DNA from: Felis catus
Lineage: Eukaryota
Length of the DNA: 64,000 nucleotides
Assembly: GCF_018350175.1 (NCBI RefSeq)
Contig: NC_058368.1
Location: 105,216,001-105,280,000, forward strand
Reading direction: 5' to 3'
The notes beneath the pieces are model-generated. The model saw only the letters and a list, made by a program, of their open reading frames with translations. It was not told the DNA's origin and searched no databases. The stretch's first letter is position 1. Each line of letters opens with the position of its first letter. This document shows, one piece after another, positions 14,627 to 28,037 of the stretch. A program made the translations under genes and the position numbers.

Positions 14627-14828
14627 TAAAAAAAAAAAGTTTATTTATTTATTTTGAGGTGGGGAGGGGCAGAGAGGGAGAGTGAGAAGAGGGTAGAGAG
14701 AGAATCCCAAGCAGACTCCATGCCTACTGCAGAGCCCTATGGGGGCTCTATCTCATGCCTGACTGTAAGATCATGACCTGAATAGGTATAAAGAGTCAGA
14801 TGCATAACTGAGCCACCCAAGTGGCTCC
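14627..14828 (-). mobile_element. CAN-SINE (left member of a tandem pair)
   Basis: Reverse SINE body flanked by TCCGGGTATATTTCTT at 14611 and 14829. Confidence 0.9.
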
Positions 14829-14844
14829 TCCGGGTATATTTCTT

Positions 14845-15060
14845 TTTTTTTTTTTAATTTTTTAATTTTTATTTATTTTTGATAGAGACAGGGCACAAGT
14901 TGCGGAGGGGCAGAGAGAGAAGGAAACACAGAATCCAAAGCAGGCTCCAGGCTCCCAGCTGTCAGCACTGAGTCGAATGTGGGGCTCAAACTCACAAACC
15001 ATCAGATCATGACCTGAGCCGAACTTGGAGGCTTAACCGACTGAGCCACCCAGGTGCCCC
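14845..15060 (-). mobile_element. CAN-SINE (right member of a tandem pair)
   Basis: Reverse SINE body flanked by TCCGGGTATATTTCTT (14829) and TCCGGATATATTTCTT (15062). Confidence 0.92.
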
Positions 15061-15794
15061 CTCCGGATATATTTCTTAAAGAATCTCTTGCACCAGGAAA
15101 ATCACTGAAGATATAGGAGATTCACAAAGATAGAGCTATACATATGCTTTTACAGATAGTATCACAGCATTAATGTGGAATTTAAAAAACCACATAAAAC
15201 AGTGGCATAAAAATGCTTACAGTAAAAGTACATGTAAAAGAATAAAATAACACAATAAAAAAATTTTAATCTGAAAGAATCACTAAGATATTCCAAGTTA
15301 GTAGTTGCATCTGGGGAAAACAGGAATTTGGAACATATAACTAGGGGGTTGGAACAAGGTAGATTTCAAACTTGTTGGTAATATTCATAAATGATACATC
15401 CACCTTGATGGTAATTTATATTGCCTCTGAACCAAATCACAAAAAACCAAGCTACATATTTATGTCTTGTTCATATCTAGCTGAACACCAGAGCCAAGCC
15501 AGGCCAAGGCTGGGGTTCCAAGCCAAGCCAGGGTTCTTCAGAGTCTAGCCATCTTTGAATTATCTTGGAGACCACATGTGTTATCTCAAATGTGCCAGCA
15601 TGTTCTGTCCAAACCCCAAGCCACTGTGGGCCCTCTTAGGGCTTGAGCCTTCTGACTGCTGAAATGGAGGCCAAATAGCTACCCTTTTCAAGCAATGATT
15701 CTCAATCAGACAAAGAAAGGGGTTATTCTGCAGGCAGACAGAATTTGAGGGAAGAATTTAATTATGGCTTCATTAAAAGGCTTGCCCTTTTCTT

Positions 15795-16085
15795 TTTATT
15801 TATTATTTATTTTTATTTTTTTAATGAAATTTATTGTCAAATTGGTTTCCATACAACACCCAGTGCTCATCCCAACAGGTGTCCTCTTCAATACCCATCA
15901 CCGACCCCCCCTCCCTCCCACACCCCATCTACCCTCAGTTTGTTCTCAGTTTTTAAGAGTCTCTGATGGTTTGGCTCCCTCCCTCTCTAACCTTTTTTTC
16001 TTCCCCTCCCCCATGGGCTTCTGTTAAGTTTCTCAGGATCCACATAGGAGTGAAAACATATGGTACCTGTCTTTCTCTGTAAGCT
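15795..16085 (-). mobile_element. ~290-bp 5'-truncated felid L1 3'UTR
   Basis: ATGAAATTTATTGTCAAATTGGTTTCCATACAACACCCAGTGCTCATCCCAACAGGTG is the reverse cat L1 3' end. TSD TTGCCCTTTTCTT at 15782-15794 and 16086-16098. Confidence 0.88.
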
Positions 16086-16398
16086 TTGCCCTTTTCTTAA
16101 GAGATAATCTTATTCTTCAGTTGTTCCTTCTCCGCCCCCACCCCCTGTACTTCTTAGTGAGAAAATATGGCTTGGAGCAAAATTCAAGTGTCAACATTCT
16201 CATCTGCCCCTTCTTTCTCGTTGCACATTCCTGCCTTGTTCTCTTTTACTGATAAATTGGTAGTAGATGATTCAGCTAATTAATTCTCCCATAGCACCTA
16301 ATTTATCCCTGTACTCTAGTACTTTTATTATTTGGATTATTTCATTAAAATTGTATTTTGTTAAAGTGGTCATCTCTCTCAAAATGATTTAAGCTTCT

Positions 16399-16614
16399 GG
16401 GGCGCCTGGGTGGCGCAGTCGGTTAAGCGTCCGACTTCAGCCAGGTCACGATCTCGCGGTCCGTGGGTTCGAGCCCCGCGTCGGGCTCTGGGCTGATGGC
16501 TCAGAGCCTGGAGCCTGTTTCTGATTCTGTGTCTCCCTCTCTCTCTGCCCCTTCCCTGTTCATGCTCTGTCTCTCTCTGTCCCAAAAATAAATAAACGTT
16601 GAAAAAAAAATTTA
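16399..16614 (+). mobile_element. Young felid SINE (SINEC_Fc-type)
   Basis: Nearly identical to the copy at 8361. Exact 18-bp TSD AAAATGATTTAAGCTTCT at 16381-16398 and 16615-16632. Confidence 0.96.
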
Positions 16615-17079
16615 AAAATGATTTAAGCTTCTAATTCACTGTCCTAGAATCCAATATTATGCACATTAGGTGTTCAATAAATACATAATGATTTAAGATT
16701 CTATGATTTACTTCTTCTGGTCTCTGTTTATACTACATTATAAATACAGAATAGCAAGCTGTTGGAGGGCAGGGATATTATCTTCTTTGTACTCTGCTCC
16801 CACGTTTTACTATTCCTTATCTACATACCAAAGCAAAGCTCTCTATCTACGGGCGTTCAGAGAGTTCTGGTGCTTAAAACCAGTACGTTTTTTTTGCAGA
16901 TGATCTATTGTTTGTACTCCTAAAATTAATAAACCTGTTTTAAAAAGCTGATATTTTAGCCATGTAAGATCAAATCACTATACTTAGCTTATAATAGCGT
17001 TAGAATAAAACTGTGTAAAAACAAATTGAATTCTTTGTCAGGAAATGTCTTAATTTCCAACCAAGATAGAGACCTTGAA

Positions 17080-17203
17080 AGCGTCTTCTGTGGCTCAATC
17101 GGTTAAGCATCTAGCTCTTGATTTCTGCTCAGGTCATGATCTCACAGTTTGTGAGATTGAGCCCCATGTGGGCTCTTCACTGTTCGCACAGAACCTGCTT
17201 GGG

Positions 17204-17258
<55 letters not shown>

Positions 17259-17350
17259 GTCTCTCTGTCTCTCTCACTCTCTGCCCTCCCCTGCTCATGC
17301 ACAAGTGCTTTCTCTCTTTCTCTCTCTCAAAACAAATAAACATTTTTTTT
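17080..17350 (+). mobile_element. CAN-SINE
   Basis: GTGGCTCAATCGGTTAAGCATC...GCTCAGGTCATGATCTCAC, long (CT)n, AAATAAACATTT tail. Confidence 0.9.
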
Positions 17351-19599
17351 AGATAGAAAGTGTCTCTTCTGTCACAAACCAAAACACTTACACGTATTTT
17401 AACATGCGGTCAAAATTAAGAGAAAAATAATTAGAAACCAAGAAATGGAAATCACTGTAACAAAAAAATGAACCTTTAATGTCAGCGAACTATTACGCTG
17501 CTCAAACTTTATAAACCATACAAACATGTTCCCTTTTGTAACCATAGCATCTTTGCAGGCAAGGATTTCAAACTGAAAAACAATACAAAATCATTAGCAC
17601 AAGAATTTTTTAAAGGGATAGACTGTTTTGTGCAAACAACTCCCTCTCCTGGGTAGAGTCAAACAATCCCAACCCTGAGGGTCAGCAGCTAATTGCTTGA
17701 GTCTCCAGTGCAAGTACAACAGCTGTGAGTGTCTTGAACCCATAAAAACATCATCATCTAATGAGTGAAGAAAATGTGATTGCATAATAATAAAATGCAG
17801 GTAAACGTGTTGTTCAGCATCCCAGTAGCCTAAAGGAGCCCAAGTACAATTTTCTTTCACAAAGCAGAGAAAAGCAGATTTTAAATTACTGGTGAACTTG
17901 CTATAAAAAATTTAAAACTACATAGTTCCAAAACATTTTCTCTCTCCAGCCAGTCTACCAGCTGTCTCAATAAGCATCTGCAACTTGAAAGGAGAGATTA
18001 TAAATAGTGATCATGCCTTTAAATCCTCTTTAAGCTAACAGACATAATAAAACAAACAAATAAAAAAAATCATACATGCACACAAAACCTTACTTCTTTT
18101 TATTTGGTCCTATGATCCCTATTAGGTAAACATACACCCCCAAATCATTCCACAGGAAATTCAGAGGGATTTCCAAATAGGTGGTACACTTACTTAAATT
18201 AAAATATTAAAGAGAAAATTCAGATAACACCTTGGATTATGGTGCTTCTGAACAAATCTTTCTCCCCTTATTAGAATGTAAATACCTTGCGCATAGGGAT
18301 TACACTTTTGTTTGTGTTTAAGAGTCACCTTGAAAAATGGCATCCACATCGCAAAACAAATTCATTATTTGATACTGAAGAAGAAGAATTAGGCCAGAAT
18401 CCCTACTGAGGCTTCTGAAATGTGAACTCTAGAAAGCATTTCGTACACAAATTCATGTTACCTGACTGTCACCCCGACTTAGGTAAGCAACTCCATTCAC
18501 TCTTCTGGTTCATCTCTCTGATACCTAACACACTCTCAAACTTCGCCTCACTTGACAGCCTCTGGGGAAGAAGTATCTGTACTTGTTAGTCCATAGGCCA
18601 CCTAGCACAGGGTCACACACAGAGGTGACATGTAACAAATGTTGACGAGAAAAGAATAGAGATAATGCAGTGCTTTACTTTCATTTAGAGGAATTTAGGG
18701 CTAGTTAACTGCGTACAGATCATTCAGTTGAAAAATAAAAGTTGTTACTGAAGACTTTCAATTAGGGATACTGAGAAAATACCGAAGTCTTCAAGAGACA
18801 TTAATTTTCAAGATACACTGTAATCACGGGAGTAAACGTGAATGTACCCAGGAAATAAAAGCCACAATTGAAGTGGTTATTTTCTGAAGGTGGGACTATG
18901 TACAAAATGTCTTTCTGGGGATTAGTGGATGTGCTGTCAGGAAGGCTCAGTCCTCCCGTGGGCCTTTTAACACCTCTCTTTGTTCATTTCACTATGACCT
19001 TTCTCAAGACCAAGCTTGGCTATGATGATTTATTGCTGATTTTCCTTCTCTCTTGTCAGTACTGAGAAGAGGGAAAAAGGAAATGAGGCTAAGAAAATGA
19101 AGAACCCTAAAAATATTTACAGCAGACTGCCTAGTCACTAGTTCCCATATCTAGTTTCTAGAACCCAACACTGTAAAAGCAGTGTCATTTGTAGCCTCCA
19201 CCTCAGGGATACGACCAGAACTTGGATAGAGCAAAGACCCTTTTGCTATGGTAACTCAACCTCAAACACACTGACCACCTGGGCATTTTCTAGTACTGAT
19301 GAAGTCCCCTCCCAAAGAGGCCAAACAATGCCAAGTATTAGCTCTACAAGAAGCCAGCGGTGTTCTCTTTAGGGAAATGTTTCCCACTGAGCTCTGGTGT
19401 TTTCAGATACTTCAGGCTCCCGTCTCTTCTTCTGTATAGAAGGCAGATATCCTTCCTTAATTCTACTGATAAGCTAGGATAACATGATAACTTAACAGGA
19501 AGTGTCAACAGTTCTTGAAACCCTAGGGCAATAATAAGGCTGCTCACCACATGTATTACAGTGCAACTTGGCAGCAATATAAGTGTTCAATTATAGTAC

Positions 19600-19900
19600 A
19601 ACCGTACAATAGTAAGATAGATGGCCAAAGTCATGTGCTCATTGGACATGTAATAACATGCTCACCATGTAATGCTCACCATATAATGCTAAATGAAAAG
19701 ACAGGGACACAAAATTGCATCGCTGGTATGTTACCAATGCTATATATAAAAAAAAAAAAAGCCAGAGAGATATACACCAGAGTTGGCAATAGCACTATCT
19801 TAGTAGGATTCAAGGCGATTTGTAGTTCTTCCTTAAATTTCTGCTTTTTAAATGTTTACAATGAATGTATGCTCACTTTTAAATCACAAAATGAAAATCA
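19600..19900 (+). mobile_element. Ancient L1ME-like 3' end fragment
   Basis: ATAATGCTAAATGAAAAG...TTTACAATGAATGTATGCTCACTTTTAAATCACAAAA resembles old L1 3' termini. Confidence 0.5.
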
Positions 19901-20231
19901 CTGGTTTATAACATTATACACTTGAATCTGATTATGAAAAGGAAATTAGAGAGAAAAGAAAAAAAAAACAAAGGATCATTGCCCTAGTTACAGAGAAATG
20001 GTCAAGAGATTGGGCTCTGCAGTAACACCCTACAGCTTCATTACCTTAGATTAACTTCCCTGAATTTGTGTTTCCTTGTCAGTTGAATGAGGATACTATA
20101 TTTCATCAAATTTAAGATTCCATGGACTCTGAGACACATACACCACCATTTTATGTGCCAATATTAGGTTTTAAAATGCTGCCAATACTCCATTTTTAAG
20201 CCATACTCCTATTTAGGAAATTTCAAATAGT

Positions 20232-20415
20232 TGGGCAAGCATCCGACTCTTGATTTCAGCTCAGGTCATGATCCCAGGGTTGTGGAATCAAGCCCCATGT
20301 CAGGCTGAGCGTGGACAGCCTGTCTGGCTGGCTGTCTGTCTCTCCCTCCCGCTGCCTCTCTCCTCCACTTGTGCTCTCTCTCTCTCTCTAAAAAAAGAAA
20401 GAAAGAAAAGAAAAG
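20232..20415 (+). mobile_element. 5'-truncated CAN-SINE
   Basis: AAGCATCCGACTCTTGATTTCAGCTCAGGTCATGATCCCAGGG, CT-rich body, (GAAA)n tail. Confidence 0.88.
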
Positions 20416-22397
20416 AGTGTGAAACAAATGTCTCAGAGCACCGAAGAAAGTAGTATTTGTACCTACTCCCTATACCTTTGTTAGGATTGAATACCATCTA
20501 CATAAACTTCTTTAAAAAAGTCAATGACACTTAATAAATGCTTAACAAATGTAAGCCATTATGGCAGACTCACTTAAGATAGCCAAGACAGACCCTGAGA
20601 GGGAAGGCAGAGATTTTAGTTTGAGAGGTCTGAGGATGGCAAGTACACGGACATGGAGAAAAGGGTGCAGGTAGCTGAACACTAGGGGAGAGTGACCCCA
20701 GTCATGAAGACTGGAAGCCAGGTGCCTTATTCTTGCTTAAGTAGGTGTGAAAGCCACCAGTAGAAAATAGAGCCATTGTTTTAGAAAGCAATATTACACA
20801 GTGTCCTAAAACTTGAATCTCTCAAATAACTGTGTAAGAAGTTGAGGTTTGAAGAGAGAAAAGGGGGACGAGGAAGAGGCAGAAAATTTGAGGTTGATTG
20901 GCTTTAAGTACTGCAGTCATCAAATTGTTTTATTCATCCCTAATATTTATTAAGTCACCACAGGACACAGAGAGCCTTGCAGTTGCATGGGTGTAGTGGA
21001 CAGAAAGCCACAAGAAAAAAGTATGTTCATGGTCTCTATTCCTAGAGACCTTCGAAACAAACGAACAAAATTAAACTATGCATGTAGGAATACTTGGAAT
21101 TTACATGCCTAGTTGTGTATATTACAGTAGTACTGAATAAAGACAAATGCAAAAACGGAGATAGGTTGAAAATAAGTTTTTATTAAATTGTCACACATTT
21201 CTGGAACAACAAAGCTCTAGGAAATTAATACTTTTCTTCAAATATTTCTTAACAGAACCTATAGTGACTTAACGTAAAGAGCATTCATAATGATGTTGGC
21301 CTAAGAGCAAGAGTAACAAAAGAGAATTAGTAAACACATTAAACACCAATATGTTTCATCATTTTGGTCACTTGAAGGATAAACCTATTTGTTTTTATTT
21401 ACTCACATATAAAGTACTTAGCAAATATTTACCATGCAAACGCTTAAGTTACATGAGTGCAAAAGTGCAGGCAAAAGCTACTGCCAGGAAAGAAGGAATG
21501 TTGACCAAGTGGGAGAAATCTGGCAGAATGAGTCAACCAGAACCCTGACCACTGAACCTTTTCAGGTTTTGTATAGAAACAAGGCCTGGCCTGGAAACGG
21601 TCCAGAAAAATGAAATACTCTGTGGTGCCAGGAATCATATCGAGGTCAAACAAAGGGAAAAACGAACTGCTGATAGAAAGATATTCCTTCAGTTTTTGTG
21701 TGCATTTAGCAGCCACGTGAGTTTTAGAGTGCAGAACAGCAGCTATAGTGGGATCCATAACAAACTTCAAGCTTGGGGTGAATTTTGAGGCTCAAGAGAT
21801 CCAAACACATCATTTTGGTATATATTACCATTTGGGAAGAGCTAAGCCTTACATCTATCCTCCAAGTTCCCAAAGAGCATGATTTCTTCTTTTCAGAAGG
21901 AGAAAGATTCATCCAAGTACATCAGATGGGGTCAACGGGAATGACTAGTATTCAACACTTTGTATGGCTATTGATCCCAAAAGAGTAATGTTTAAATCAA
22001 GTATTTGTACTTGGCTTTTTTTTTCTTTTTTCCTTTTTTGCTCTTTTCAGAACAATCTTGAGGGTCTTCATAAAATGAGAGATTTTTGCAAATCTGAGAG
22101 TGAAAGGGGCTTCACCCATCTTCTAGTCTTACATTGTTCCCTGTGATTCTCCTAGAGGGAGAAAGGCATGTTGAGGCTATGGAGGTGGGAGGCCACTGTG
22201 GGTCATGCTGAGCTCCTTCTTAAGGTATATTCTCACCCTCCTCCCTCGGCTGCACTGTCTGACAACAAAAAGAGTTGTCCAACCTGTATGTGGGTGACTC
22301 CCATTCTCAATTAGCAATACAAGCCTTGTAGTGGGTCACTGCCCCCACTGGGTGATCAGTAAGCATGACTTTGTGTGGGCAGTTTTAACCTTTGGAC

Positions 22398-22670
22398 CAG
22401 AGGATGCAAACTCATTATTTCTACAGTGCCTAGGCCAGTTGTACAAATGAGCTCAGTGAAGTCATGGTTAAAAATTCAATCGGGCAAGGGCAATGACAAA
22501 CGTTAACTAACACGTGGCCTCAATGGAGAAGATGAAGAGGCTGAAGGAGGCTGTGGTGGCTGGGAGAGGGCAGGCTCCATTTTAAAGGGGCAGCCACCCC
22601 TTGGCTCTTCCTGGTTGCTGCCTGAGGAGTGTGCACCTGTTGTGGACTCCTCTGAATTCTCAACTGATGC
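22398..22670. mobile_element. Ancient hAT/MER103-like DNA transposon remnant
   Basis: CAGAGGATGCAAACTCA start and CCATTTTAAAGGGGCAGCCAC...GTTGCTGCC internal motif resemble the recalled MER103 consensus. Confidence 0.4.
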
Positions 22671-25479
22671 CAGCTTCCAGGGCATGCAACCTGTGCGGTC
22701 ACCCTGGGCCTGCTCTGAGAAGGGCCCACACCTGCTTTCACACTCTGTTTGTCCCGGTCATGAATTTCGTAATAATTTTTGAATAAGAGTGTGTTCTTAT
22801 TCGTTTGAATAAGAATTTTCCTTTTGCTCTGGATTTCCAAAATGATGTAGCATGTCCTGTTTCCAAGAAAATCAGTGTGTGCATCTATAGTTTTCTATAA
22901 TACATTCCAGTATTTAAACACTGGCAACTGAAATTTCAAAATGTAGTGAATGGTACACATTTGCAAACTAACTGGTCCTAGGAGTGGGCAACAGACTTTA
23001 ATCCTGTAGAACCTCACCTCAGGGATTATCCTAGACTTTTAGCACTTGCAGCAGTGAGATCTTTGATGCAACCTGGTCAATCCCCTTATCCTCCGGATGA
23101 TGGAACAGTCCCAAGGACTGAAAATAGAAACACAGGCTGTCATATAGAACACCCACTCTACTAGGTCTGTTGGGAGCTTTTCCTGGACATACTTCCCATA
23201 CTCAAGGAATGTGAGTTTTCTGGCATCTGTAAGAGTGTATACTTTCTGCTTTGGAACTTCGGTTTCTTGGATGGTGGATCTGCCAAGAAAGTTTGTTTCA
23301 TCTTTGGGTGACTTATACTTTTTCCTAAGTGATTTTAAGCCACCATCAATTTTTTTATGATTTACATACTCATTTTTCCAAGTAATACCTCTTGACTTAG
23401 CCAAGTCAAGTCCAAGTCCTAGTCTGTATACTTCTAGGACCCAGTCTACTGCAGGATGAACACCACCAGATCCTACCCAAAGGCTGCAGACTTTTATGTG
23501 GGCAATTTCTTGTTTTCCTCTTTTTTTTTCACGCCACCAGTTTTGGTAACACTCTATGTGATGTACGAGGCAGGGAAAATAGCATGCGAAAATGTATAAT
23601 CATTTTCCACCATGACGTTTAATCTCTGTTATCATCAGTACATTAGAAAAGAATGCATTCCTAGGTTGCCAGACAGTAAAGAGACTGACTATTTTTAGGA
23701 ATTTTCATTGTGTGTGGATCTAGACTTATTTTTTAAGAATGTGAAATAAACAACGTCCTCTCTTTTCAAGAGTTCCCCAGTTTCTATTTCTTTGCTTTAA
23801 TGCCCCCATTTCTAGATCTTTCTCCCTGTCCTGTTCTGTGTTGTTCTGTGGCCTACAAGAACTCTGGTGGACTATTAGTAATTGCATATGCACTTGGACA
23901 GATCCTGCAACAGGCAATGATTACATTTCTAATAGTGAAATTTTATATCTGAAGCCACTAGCATAACCAGGTCATCCCTGTATACCTCAAAGTCTTAGTT
24001 TCAAAACAGATTAAACAACTTAATGGAGTAGTAGAAATTTAAAGGTTGTGGTGCATAAGAAAGGTGTTTTTAGGAACAGGTGTCATAGACTACCAAGCAA
24101 ACTCTCAAAACCAAGCAACCTGTGCTTTAAATATAATGGAGGCCTAGTCCCAGCCAGATTAAGGGTTTGATTTAATTTAAGCAGGTGTTGTTTTCGTTTT
24201 TTGGTGGGGGGGTTGTTTTGTTTTGTTTATTTTTTGGTATGTTCACCCTACCCTGCAAGGGTGTCTGTTCTTCCCCAGGTCATTCTAAGCAAGCCAGTGG
24301 ATTTTTTATGCCCAGTGCTAGACTGGATTTCCTTCTTACAGAGACAAAGGTTGGGGAGGAAAGGCTGTGTGGCAGACAAGTGAGATGTTTGGGAACACAG
24401 CAGGATGTGGATGGCGTGGCTACTCTTTGTGCATTCATGGTGGCAGACTGCCGGGCCACCAGGCCAACAGTGCCCTATGTTTGCTCCTTTGTTGTTTCGT
24501 GCCATGCAGTGCCAGCAATATTCTGCCAGCTGATACCGTCAGCAGGTGCCCCTAAAATACCAAGTAGGCCTGGGAAGGCAGGAGGAAGTAATGTTTGCGG
24601 TCACATAGGGCCTCGTGCCATCATTTCACAGGGCATTGGCTTTTGTTATTTGTTTATTATTTTTAAACCAAAGGGTGCCACCCTATTCTTTGTGGTTCTT
24701 TGAAGACAGCAAGATTCCACTGCTTTTCTCTGTTCTTAAGGGTTATGTGTAGAAGGTAAATAACCCCAAGATACTAAGAGGGAGCTGGACTGACTTGAAA
24801 AGACCACTTTTGGAATAAAACAAGTGAACGTCAACATCCAAGCAAAGCAGAAAAGAAGTTTTCACTTTAAGGAACAGCCACTATCTTCGCTATGGCACCT
24901 GTCTAGGACCTCTTGGTGTAGCAAGTGTGTTATTCCTCAGGGAAGCGTGGTGTTCGCACACAGATCGTAAGAAAGATTGCATTCAGCATCCGGCTGCGAT
25001 AAGGAGATGGAAGTCATTGTGTATATGACCAGCAGACTCTTCCTATCTACCTACATGTTTCAGCCTTGTTCTGTTGGTGAAAAACACCACAGTGCAAAAT
25101 AAGAGCATCCTGTGGTCTTATCTGTGACTTCTACTAGAGAGGTAATCGCTTGAGGTTGAAAGCAATTTTAACCATTCACAGTTTAACTGCATTTCCATAT
25201 TTACTTCAAAATACTGGGTCTATGGAATGGAGTCAATTTTCAGTCAAAACCTGCTCTATCAAAGGATAGTCTCCCTCACCCCATTTGAATTTCATCAAAT
25301 GAACAGTTCAGAGAGAAGAAATGGTTTAGATAAAAGAATGCAATGGAGTATTTGGGACAACTTACCCAATGTAAATTGTCCCCAAGGAAGAACGATGTTC
25401 TTGTATACTTTATATGGAACAAGCTCGTTAACTTAGAATCTTGTCATTTCTTTTAATCTGAAAGTAACCAGGGATATTT

Positions 25480-26330
25480 AATTTCATTCAATCAAACATA
25501 TCTTCATGTACTCAACACCTATGGATGGGTCATGGATTGTGGAACCATTCTGGAGAGGGTTGAGGACTGAGTGGGAGATGTCAAGTACGAACAGTAAGTG
25601 TGGGCCTGTCAAGAAATTTGATTGTGGAAGAAAATAGAAGGTGACAGGTGGAGGGAGATGTGGAATGAATAAGATGGTTCATTTGTTAATTTGTTTTTAA
25701 GAAAGGGAAATACTATCCATATTTATAGCTGTTAAGGATGACCCTACAGAGGGATTGTCTGAAGATGTGGGAGAAGGAGCATGGGAGACAGCAAGAGTCC
25801 CTGTGAAGGTGGGAGGAGATGGGATCCAGAGCATATAAAGGCAAGAGGAGGGATGAGCTATGTACAGATGGAGGGCACCTCTTCCTCTGTGACTGCAAGG
25901 TAAGGAGGGAGGGACGGATGCCAAAGCAAGTAACCGTGGACTTTGGGACCTGAATTTGAGGTCTGAATTGGTGCCTGAATTTAAGACAGGCACCTCCTGT
26001 CTCAGTTGTTTCCCTAAGTGAGTTTTTTCTTTTCTCTGTGTAACAGATGAGCAAAGTCATCTGTGGAGAGTGAGAGTAGGTCAATCTGTTTAGGAGATTT
26101 GTGACTAGTAATGAGGGCCTAACCTAGCCACTGTTGGAGATGAGAGCAAGCTGCAGAAAGGGCTCTGAAGGATTGTTAGGCTATTTTGAGAACTCACTGA
26201 TACTAGAAACCAAGATTACGGAGTGTCATTAAAATGCAAGGTGGGGAGGTTCTCCTCCCACAGAACTCAGCAGCACGAATGTTGGTCCCAGAGGGACAAG
26301 GACCAAGGGAAGCATGGGATGATGGAGGAA
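25480..26330 (-). mobile_element. Ancient L2 fragment(s)
   Basis: Purine-rich degenerate sequence with L2-like motifs (GAGATGGGATCCAGAGCA, GGAGGGAGATGTGG). Confidence 0.45.
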
Positions 26331-27918
26331 ACGTGTGGAGGACACTGAGAAGACAGGTAAAGTGACAGGACATGAAGCCACACTCATCTGAGCTCAGGGA
26401 GGTAGGATTTGCAATCATCTGTGCACTCAATCCCCTTACTTAACAAATAAGGAAACTGAGGCTTAGGGAGGTTATGTTTAACCTCTGATTTTCTGAAGAT
26501 TGTCATCAAATCGTTACAATGCATTTCCCAGTTTCCTATATGAACTTTGTAATAAATGAGGATTTCATTGCTGAGTAAAACCGTGGCTTCAAAGACATCA
26601 ACAGGTATGGAGAAGCAGCATGTAACAAAAGGAGATAAAACTATGAATCTTCCTAAACATTTTAATACACAAAAAAATATGCTAAGTCAAGAGGGACATA
26701 TATGTGGTATACATATTACCTATACAAAAGGCTTCCATGTACCTCCATGTCCATAGGGAGTACACTGTGCATCTGAAATTAACACCCTAGCTACTTTCAC
26801 TAGGATATAGCCTCTGTACAGGCCAAGACTTTGTCTTTTCTAGAACGGTATCCCAGAACCTGGAACCGAACCTGGATGAGTAGGCATTCCAATATCTGTT
26901 GAATGAGCAAATACATTAAATAAAGCTGAGTCTTCCCCGTGACCTCCTATAGATACCTTCAAGTCAAAATGGGTCTCACTTTGTACTCATTCTCACCTCC
27001 CCACACCTCCACCCCCACAAAAGAATCTGCTATTTCTCTGTGTTAGTTATTTCAAATAATGATGTTGCCATCTACCTAGTCAACAAAAGTGACAAAACAG
27101 CGAAAGACCAGTGAACCACCCCGTCTGCCATGCCTCATTTCTAGGACTAGCTGGTTCCTATGTCCTGTCAATGTTATCTTGGAAAAAGTTTGATCAACAC
27201 TTTCCCCTTCTGGCATTCCCACAGTCCTGTTCTGTGCAGGCCTTCATCATTTCTCAATTTGATTATTGCATTGCTCCTATATTTAGGTTCACTGACCCAA
27301 ATTTTCCCCCCTGCTGGTCCAGTGTTATTTCCAAATAACCATTCACTGACTAAAAATAGGACCCATTATTTTCTACAGAATACATTTCCTTAGTGTGGCC
27401 TTTAAGAGTTTTCAAACTCTAACCCGTTGCTACACTTTGGGTTTTGTCTCTTTCCATTTTGCACTTGTGCGGTACAGAACTGACCCATATTTTCATAATT
27501 GTATGCCTTTTCTTGTACGGCTTGCTCTGTTGAGAATTCTTTGCCTTCTACCCCGTATGATAAAATCATAATTATTCTTCACATTTTCCAACCATTATTA
27601 ATTCATCTTCCAACAAACTTTGTCACTCGAATTTCATGCAGTAACTAATTAGATAATGTTTTATGGCTGATGGTATTGCTCAAAAAAAAAAAAAAAAGAA
27701 ACAACCCTACTTTTAAAAGATATATAACAATAGTAGTCAAAAAAGATTAAGAGAAAATGGCAAATCAAAATTAAAATTAATATTTAAACCCAGAATAATG
27801 GACATGAAATATTAGCAGATAGGATATTTGACTTTATAATTAGATTTCAATAAGACAAAAAACTCTTTCATACATTTCCTGTTGGCAAAATATACAAGTT
27901 TGAATTAAAAAACAGGAT

Positions 27919-28037
27919 GGGGTGCCTAGCTGGCTCAGTCAGAAGAGCATGTGACTCTTGATCACACAGTCATGAGTTCGAGCCCCACAATGGGTGCAGA
28001 GATTACTTAAATGAAGAAACTCAAACTTAAAAAAAAA
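27919..28037 (+). mobile_element. Short tRNA-derived carnivore SINE (no CT tract)
   Basis: GGGGTGCCTAGCTGGCTCAGTCAGAAGAGCATGTGACTCTTGATC...GAGTTCGAGCCCCAC (A and B boxes) and an A tail. Degenerate TSD AAAAACAGGAT / AAAAACAAGAT. Confidence 0.85.

Larger units (their letters stand above)
9550..15470 (+). mobile_element. Mosaic of old L1M-type fragments (ORF1-like ~9700-10650, 3' ends ~11000-11660 and ~11700-12630, ORF2-like ~12900-14600), interrupted by SINEs
   Basis: A-rich degenerate L1 motifs such as AGAATGGCTAAAATTAAA, GAGCAAAAGAAGTCAGACAC and CTTTTCTGCAGGTTTGA...CAAAATAAAAAGTT. Boundaries approximate. Confidence 0.7.

Noticed and set aside
24185..24703. Longest ORF in the track (172 aa)
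   Set aside because: Non-ATG start, low-complexity T/G-rich beginning, no recognisable domain or splice context; likely chance.
27919..28000. Possible tRNA gene
   Set aside because: A/B boxes are followed by an A-tail and TSD and the stem pairing is decayed, so it is a tRNA-derived SINE.
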